DNA from: a virus
Taxonomy: Duplodnaviria; Caudoviricetes
DNA: 57,746 bases
Reading direction: 5' to 3' (one strand)
Virus record (IMG/VR): IMGVR_UViG_3300032332_000523
Coordinates: 1-57,746 of that record
The stretch's first letter is position 1. Each line of letters starts with the position of its first letter. Shown here in pieces: positions 52,180-57,746 of this stretch. Under the pieces are notes generated by a model. The model was not told where the DNA came from. It was given only the letters and a program-made list of their open reading frames with translations, and searched no databases. Both the position numbers and the translations under genes were made by a program.

Positions 52180-53169
52180 TCAGCGAGATGAATTTGAATG
52201 TTCACGGTCCCATTTCGCATACTGTTTTAAGTAGCGCTGGCGTAAAACTGGATCTTCCCAAACACCGGCATCCGTCATGGCTTGCTTTCGTTCGGGTGAG
52301 ATGTAGACTTCGCGGCGAGAAGACTGTGGCGCCTGGTCCCGGCTGGAGCCAACTGGCGGGCCTCTACGCTGCCCGCGGCGATCATCGTCTTGACTGGAAT
52401 CATTTCCGCCGCCACCTTTCATGTCGGGCAATCGCTTGGCCACTCGCTTATCCAGCTCGCGCCAATATGCCTCTGTTTTTGGATTGTAGCCCGCATCAAC
52501 CAGGGATTGGTCAATTGCCAGCACAATTCTTGAGGCCTCGTCCTTGCCGTTCGGGTCGTACCAGGTGTTTTTGGACACCCAGTCCTTGGCGAAGTTGGCG
52601 ATGTCCGGGTCTGGACCAGGTGCTTGCTCTGATTGATTGTGGAGCTTTTGCGCGGTCTCGTTGTGTTGGTGCTTATGAAACTGGAGCTGCTGCACCTTTT
52701 TCATGGCCTCATCACGGATGCGAAGGGCCTTGGCTGCGTCTTCACCGTTGCCCGCCTCTATGGCCTGAGCCATGATGCGTTCAGCGGCCCGGACTTCTGC
52801 CACTGTGTCAGAGATCTGGGCATCGATGCCCGAGATCGTATTGGCCACAGTCGTCTTCTCGACTTGTGACATGCGCTTCTCCAGCGCCTCATTGCGTTGC
52901 CTCAGGAAATTGAGCTCGGTCTTGTCCCGGTCAATAGCCTGTTTTCTACGAGCAGCTCGCTCGGCCTTTTCCTCACGGCGCTTGCGTCGTATCTCCTCGC
53001 GGTCCTCATTGTCTTCTGAGAGTCGCGAGTCTTCTGGGTCATCGTCTTCCGGATCGTCGTTGTCTTGACCTTTGGGTTCCTTGGTCTCAACGGGAATGAA
53101 CTCGATGTCCTGAGACTTACCGTCCTTTTGTTCCTCATCATCTTCGATGAGCATAGTTTCTCCAGCCAT
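52180..53169 (-). CDS. Capsid scaffolding protein (putative)
   Basis: Acidic N-terminus, long coiled coil, WVSKNTWY, position upstream of the capsid gene. Confidence 0.72.
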   Translation of the reverse strand: MAGETMLIEDDEEQKDGKSQDIEFIPVETKEPKGQDNDDPEDDDPEDSRLSEDNEDREEIRRKRREEKAERAARRKQAIDRDKTELNFLRQRNEALEKRMSQVEKTTVANTISGIDAQISDTVAEVRAAERIMAQAIEAGNGEDAAKALRIRDEAMKKVQQLQFHKHQHNETAQKLHNQSEQAPGPDPDIANFAKDWVSKNTWYDPNGKDEASRIVLAIDQSLVDAGYNPKTEAYWRELDKRVAKRLPDMKGGGGNDSSQDDDRRGQRRGPPVGSSRDQAPQSSRREVYISPERKQAMTDAGVWEDPVLRQRYLKQYAKWDREHSNSSR

Positions 53170-53188
53170 TGCCTGCTCCTTTCAGCAG

Positions 53189-53608
53189 TTAGATGAAAGC
53201 TCTGATCGCTGTCGGATCTCCAACAACCTTGGCAAGAATGTCAAGGTCATTGAACATCGCAAATTCGATCTCCTCGTCGCCAGACTTCACAGTCCAACGA
53301 TCGCCGCCGTATTTAGGTGCACGGACGTAGGCACCAACTTCACACCAAGCTCCTTCGGGCCAAGGCTCCATGGTGTTTCGATTCCTGTATGCCAAGCAGC
53401 CAATCGCCACAACCTTGGCGATCTGTGTATTGCTGGCCTCAATCTTCCTTGCTTCCTCAGGGATGTAGATGCCGCCAGCAGTTTGATTCTTGGCCTTGCG
53501 GATCTGAATGATCACGCGTGAACCAAGCGGCTCGTGGCCGCAATCGATTGCTGGAAAGGCCTCGTCCAATGAGGCGTAGTTGAAGGACATGGGGGTTTCA
53601 AGTAGCAT
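53189..53608 (-). CDS. groES: GroES/Cpn10-like co-chaperonin
   Basis: PLGSRVII...TAGGIYIPE...KVVAIG...WCEVG..V...YGG...ND.DILAKV. Confidence 0.88.
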   Translation of the reverse strand: MLLETPMSFNYASLDEAFPAIDCGHEPLGSRVIIQIRKAKNQTAGGIYIPEEARKIEASNTQIAKVVAIGCLAYRNRNTMEPWPEGAWCEVGAYVRAPKYGGDRWTVKSGDEEIEFAMFNDLDILAKVVGDPTAIRAFI

Positions 53609-53629
53609 TCGCTTCTCCGTATGCTGGGG

Positions 53630-53830
53630 TTAAAGATCTCGGGTTTGTGTTTCTACATCGCGGACGACATTGTTGATCAGCTGGATGGCTCTATCAAGGC
53701 CAGCGTAGACGCCTTGACGGTGACCATATTCGAAGCTGATGTCCTTGCCTTCACCTGGACGAACTCTGATGGCTTCGGAAGCCACCTTGTCCTTCTCGGC
53801 CTTAATGGCCGCGATGAATTCAGCTAACAT
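53630..53830 (-). CDS. Hypothetical protein
   Basis: FEYG.RQG.YAGL..A pattern upstream of the GroES gene. Confidence 0.7.
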   Translation of the reverse strand: MLAEFIAAIKAEKDKVASEAIRVRPGEGKDISFEYGHRQGVYAGLDRAIQLINNVVRDVETQTRDL

Positions 53831-53833
53831 CTA

Positions 53834-54058
53834 TCAGCGACCACCCATGACGGTGGAGATCTGATTGGGACCACGGCCGCGTTGGCTGTTGGTACCGCCA
53901 TTGCCTTCGCCTTGCATAGCTTCGTATGTGGCTTTGGCCTTGGTCTTGTAGTCCGCGCTTGGCAGACCTGGGGTTGGCGAAGGATCGCTAGACACCTTCT
54001 TGGCTGTTGGGTAGCCTTTACCCATGGCCATCTGTTTGTGTAGGCTGATTGCCGGCAT
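53834..54058 (-). CDS. Hypothetical protein
   Basis: AAGGAG RBS; follows the portal gene. Confidence 0.65.
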   Translation of the reverse strand: MPAISLHKQMAMGKGYPTAKKVSSDPSPTPGLPSADYKTKAKATYEAMQGEGNGGTNSQRGRGPNQISTVMGGR

Positions 54059-54068
54059 GATTTACTCC

Positions 54069-56588
54069 TTATGGGTTGGGGTTTATCCCGGTCCCGGTTG
54101 AGACCGCGATTCGTTCGCCACTGGCCACCTCTAAGGCGGCAAGCTGCTTGGCTGTTTGGTTGTCTGATTCGTTCATCTCCAGGCGAGCTTGGATCTGGGC
54201 ACGTACGCGCTCGTCTTCGGCCTGCTGGCGAATCTGCTCGCGTTGGAGTTCGCCTTGCAGCTGTTCGATGCGGGCTTGGATCTCCATCTGCTTTTCTTGG
54301 CCGCGAGCCTGGATGTCGGCTTGCTTGAGCTGCGCGTCTTGCTGCAGTTTGGCCTGAGCTGTTTGCGCCGTAGCCTGATCCTTGGCAGCCTGGTTCTGCA
54401 GCTGCTGTTGCGCGATCTGGATGCTCGGGTCCTGACGGGGTGGCGGCTGCATTTGCTGCAGCAACTGGATTGTCTGCTCGAGGATCTGGGGGATTTGAGC
54501 GAAGGCCTCTTGGCTCTGCTTGGTGACGATCTGGCTGGTCGTGGCCAGCAGCTTGTCAAGCGAACGCTTCTCTTCTTCGGTTGCATCCTTTTGGATCTCG
54601 CCAATATCAACCCGAGCCGCATCCGATGCCTCATGGAAGATCTGCGAACCGTACCAGAGGATCATGTGCTCCTTGATGTGGTCCAAGAGCATTGGGATGC
54701 AAGCAGGGCCCACGACCTTGTTGCCGCCAAACATGGGGTTGGTGATGAAGTCAAGATGCACTTGCAAGTGAGCCAGGTGATCTTGCTCGGGGAACGCCAC
54801 GATGGGACGACGCATGCAGGCAGCGATGTTCTCGTTGACGGCATTGAGCTCCAACGGCTTAGGTGCCGGCAGCAGCAGATCTTTGCCTTGCGGTATCTTG
54901 AGCCGCTGCAGGAACATCTCCTCTACCTTGCGGAGGTCGTACAGCTGCGGCATCTCCTTGGACCGCTGCATGACGGCCTGCACTTGAGCAAACCGCTGGG
55001 CCTCGCTGAAGATGTTGGGGTCGCTGACTGGCACGACATTCATCGGGCCTTCAAAGTCCTTGCGGCGGACCATCAGCTCACCAGTCTCGTCAAAGACCTC
55101 GTCCTCTTCAAGGTAGGTCTTGTTGAGGCGGAACAGGACCTGCAGCACACGTCCCATGGCATCATGCAGGCGAGCATGGATGGCCGAGAAGACGGTCATG
55201 CCCTGCTCAAGACGAGCCAGGGTTGTACCGACTGGGGTGTTGGCGTTGCTGTCAGCCAGATCTTCAAACGTGGTCCGAACTACGTTCTGGCCAGCATCAA
55301 CCAAGAAGCCAAGCAGCTCAAACAAGACCTGCGATGGAGGGTTGTAAGGCATGGGCATCAGCATCTTGCGGATGTCGTCCTGGCCAAATGAGCCTTCGAT
55401 CTCCTTGACCTCGGTTGGGTCAACACGGTCTGTCTGACCGCCAGTGCCGGACTTCAGCTTCAAAAGACCAGGGAAGTTGTTGATGTGGGCTGAGTCAAGC
55501 AGTGCCCGCAAGGCTCCAGTAGCCCCGGCTGAGAGACCGCCGATCATGTGAGTCAAACCGATGGGGTAAGCGCCACGCCATGGCACAAAGGGGAACTCAA
55601 CCATCCAAGTCATCTCTTGCTTGGTCTCGTCCTCTTCTTCCCAGTTGCGATAGATGGCCAGCACGTTCTGAGTGGCCTTGTCAATGCTGATGATGTATGG
55701 AGCCAAGCCCTCATCAAACTCATGGATGATATAGACCTCAAACACGGTCCGCAGACCATCGACGTTGTAGCTGTCGGACTGGCGGCCTTCGATCTTGTTG
55801 TTGGCCTTCTCAGACTTAGATTCATCTGGCGGCAGTGGACTGACCATGAGGTCCACGTCCATGTACATGCCTGACTCAACACGCTTTTGGTACTCGATGC
55901 GAGTGATGTATTGAACATGAGTCTTGCGCTCTGCTGAGTAGAAGTTGGTGGCTGCAAACGGCAGGTAGACGTCGTCAATCGCCACAAACTGCGACATGGG
56001 TCGCTTCTTGTTGGTGTCCCAGTTCAGCTTCAAGTATTGACCGCCGCCTAATGGCAGCTGAGTAGACAGCTGCTCAAGCTCTGACCGAAACTCGGACATC
56101 TGTTTGGTCATCTGATAGTTCATGTACTTGCAGATGCGCCCGGCCTTTTCCTGCTTGTCAAGCGTGGGCTCGCCGATGATCTTCTCTTTGGCTGGACCGT
56201 CTGGCGGGAACAATTCCTTCATGGCTCGTGCAGAGAAGTCCACGCATGCTTGAGTCAGCATCGGGTGAACGACCTTGCTGGCCCCAGTGAACGATGCGCC
56301 GCCAGGGGCATCATCACCAAGGCCCGTGCGCCGCAGACCCTCTTCATACTGCTCGTCGCGCTTCTTGCGAGCCTCTTTGTCTTTTTCTAGGATGTCGCAC
56401 AACTCAGAGCCAAGATTCGAGAGCTCGGAGACCGACATCGTCTCGGCCAGGTTTGCATAGAACTCTGACTCGGCCGGTGTTGGCGATTCGTCCATGGTGA
56501 CCATCGCGCCACCGTCCTCGGTATCGCGGACACCGGAGTCGTCCTCAACCTCGTACATCTCGCCGTATTCTTGCTCGTTTTCAGCCAT
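54069..56588 (-). CDS. Portal protein
   Basis: 839 aa directly after terL; FYANLAE, GASKVVHPML, PVGTTLA.LE, PVSDPNIFS, Gln-rich barrel-like C-terminus. Confidence 0.9.
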   Translation of the reverse strand: MAENEQEYGEMYEVEDDSGVRDTEDGGAMVTMDESPTPAESEFYANLAETMSVSELSNLGSELCDILEKDKEARKKRDEQYEEGLRRTGLGDDAPGGASFTGASKVVHPMLTQACVDFSARAMKELFPPDGPAKEKIIGEPTLDKQEKAGRICKYMNYQMTKQMSEFRSELEQLSTQLPLGGGQYLKLNWDTNKKRPMSQFVAIDDVYLPFAATNFYSAERKTHVQYITRIEYQKRVESGMYMDVDLMVSPLPPDESKSEKANNKIEGRQSDSYNVDGLRTVFEVYIIHEFDEGLAPYIISIDKATQNVLAIYRNWEEEDETKQEMTWMVEFPFVPWRGAYPIGLTHMIGGLSAGATGALRALLDSAHINNFPGLLKLKSGTGGQTDRVDPTEVKEIEGSFGQDDIRKMLMPMPYNPPSQVLFELLGFLVDAGQNVVRTTFEDLADSNANTPVGTTLARLEQGMTVFSAIHARLHDAMGRVLQVLFRLNKTYLEEDEVFDETGELMVRRKDFEGPMNVVPVSDPNIFSEAQRFAQVQAVMQRSKEMPQLYDLRKVEEMFLQRLKIPQGKDLLLPAPKPLELNAVNENIAACMRRPIVAFPEQDHLAHLQVHLDFITNPMFGGNKVVGPACIPMLLDHIKEHMILWYGSQIFHEASDAARVDIGEIQKDATEEEKRSLDKLLATTSQIVTKQSQEAFAQIPQILEQTIQLLQQMQPPPRQDPSIQIAQQQLQNQAAKDQATAQTAQAKLQQDAQLKQADIQARGQEKQMEIQARIEQLQGELQREQIRQQAEDERVRAQIQARLEMNESDNQTAKQLAALEVASGERIAVSTGTGINPNP

Positions 56589-56600
56589 TCAATGCTCCGG

Positions 56601-57746
56601 TTAGATCGCGTATGGGTTCACTGGCCGCGACTTGATGTCGCGTTCGACCTTGTCTTCAGCCTTGCGGGTGACAGACAGATTGTTGCGGTCGGCAAGCAGC
56701 CTGAGCGCTTGGGTCGTTGAGTCCACAAAGTCATCATGCTTGATTGAGCCCTCACCATGAAAGCTGCACAGTTGCGAGATTAAAGGATCGGCCCAGGAGC
56801 GCGGGGTTCCAGGTCGTTTGTCCGATTCTACAACCCACACAAAGCCGTGAGCAAATAAATGTGAGACCGCGTGCAGTCGTTGGAGCTTGTCAGCACGGCC
56901 AGGGTTGTATGGATAGGCCAGGATGTCCTCACGGGCCAGCATCTGACGCAGGCTGATGCCTGATCCTTTGTCCTCGATGATCATGAGGTCTGGTGCCTTG
57001 CCGCCGAACATGGACTGCTTTGGCCCGATCAAGGGCTTGATCACTGGCCTGAAGTCCTCGTCGCCATACCTGACCTGCCATTCCTTCTTGACCCGCTCGA
57101 TCAGATTCGGCAGCCCAAGGTGATCTTGCCAGCAGTCAAGCAACAGGAACGCTGGCTTCTTCTCGTGACGGAATACGCCCCACACCGAGCAGGCCGTGGG
57201 GTCAGGGTCATGGCTCTTACGATCGATCGACTTCTCAGTGAACGCCGTGTCCAGGCTCATGACGATGTAGTCGAGGGGCGGGAGGGGCTTGTCTGCTGCC
57301 CATAGCTTGAACCAGCTTCGCTTGATGATGCCGGTCTCTTCGGGGTCAATAACCTCGGCATGGATCTCTTGACGGCCAAGCTGCGTGCCTTCGTACTGTG
57401 TGATCTCAGCAAGGAAGGACTTGGCAAGGTTTGCGGCGTTGTCATACGTGGATCCTCTGGTGACGTGAATGCGGCTGTTCTTCTTTGCCGCATCTTTGAG
57501 CAGCTTGCGCACCAGCTCGATGGGCTTTGGAGTCGTGGTGATGACTACGCGCGGATCGTCACCCAGACGGAGTCCGAACCGCATCATGTCCCAGGTCTCT
57601 TCGACATATTGCCAAGCAGCCAGCTCATCGCACCAGACTCGATGGAACTGAGGACCACGTAGACGGGATGGTTCTTCTGCTGAGAAGCCCCGGATCGATG
57701 ATCCGTTCTTCAGGGTGATCTCGCCGATGGACCGGTTGTAGTTGTC
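56601..57746 (-). CDS. terL: Terminase large subunit, C-terminal part (starts at 453 across the junction)
   Basis: VITTTPKP (motif III), MSLDTAF, IEDKGSG, HDDFVDS nuclease motifs. Confidence 0.95.
   Translation of the reverse strand, partial: DNYNRSIGEITLKNGSSIRGFSAEEPSRLRGPQFHRVWCDELAAWQYVEETWDMMRFGLRLGDDPRVVITTTPKPIELVRKLLKDAAKKNSRIHVTRGSTYDNAANLAKSFLAEITQYEGTQLGRQEIHAEVIDPEETGIIKRSWFKLWAADKPLPPLDYIVMSLDTAFTEKSIDRKSHDPDPTACSVWGVFRHEKKPAFLLLDCWQDHLGLPNLIERVKKEWQVRYGDEDFRPVIKPLIGPKQSMFGGKAPDLMIIEDKGSGISLRQMLAREDILAYPYNPGRADKLQRLHAVSHLFAHGFVWVVESDKRPGTPRSWADPLISQLCSFHGEGSIKHDDFVDSTTQALRLLADRNNLSVTRKAEDKVERDIKSRPVNPYAI
57624..57746. repeat. Terminal direct repeat (circular assembly overlap), copy 2
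   Basis: Identical to 1-123. Confidence 0.97.

Noticed and set aside
54189-55391. 400-aa plus-strand ORF and many other antisense ORFs (e.g. 13472-14173, 27713-28414, 35401-36144, 50306-50944)
   Set aside because: They are shadows of strongly supported minus-strand genes and show no recognisable motifs.
56601-57587. Truncated or pseudogene terminase (328 aa in the ORF track)
   Set aside because: The missing N-terminus is at 453..1 across the junction.

Overview
This window is a complete, circularly permuted tailed dsDNA phage genome of 57,623 bp. Positions 1-123 are identical to 57624-57746, and the large terminase reads through that junction. The architecture is podovirus-like: portal, adaptor/stabilisation proteins, large ejection proteins, and no tape measure or sheath. 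Almost every gene is on the minus strand; only 1131-1580 and 5540-5728 are credible plus-strand genes. No integrase, tRNA or CRISPR array was seen. In transcription order the late arm runs terS, terL, portal, GroES, scaffold, capsid, head/tail proteins, tail fibres, lysis genes, tail stabilisation protein, an acyl carrier protein (ACP), a ketosynthase (KS), then four ejection proteins. The early arm runs DUF932, a nucleotide-modification cluster, PolA, nuclease, SSB, primase, two helicases, then many small accessory ORFs. Best leads: (1) an ACP and catalytically intact KS translationally coupled inside the virion operon next to the ejection proteins, a candidate virion-protein acylation system; (2) a dCMP-type thymidylate-synthase homologue clustered with a kinase-UDG fusion, NTP pyrophosphatase, deaminase and SAM methyltransferase, a candidate new cytosine modification; (3) a recurring di-glycine motif at domain junctions of internal virion proteins; (4) two palindromic elements, inverted relative to each other, that bracket the early arm. 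All calls come from motif recognition by eye; no database search was run.
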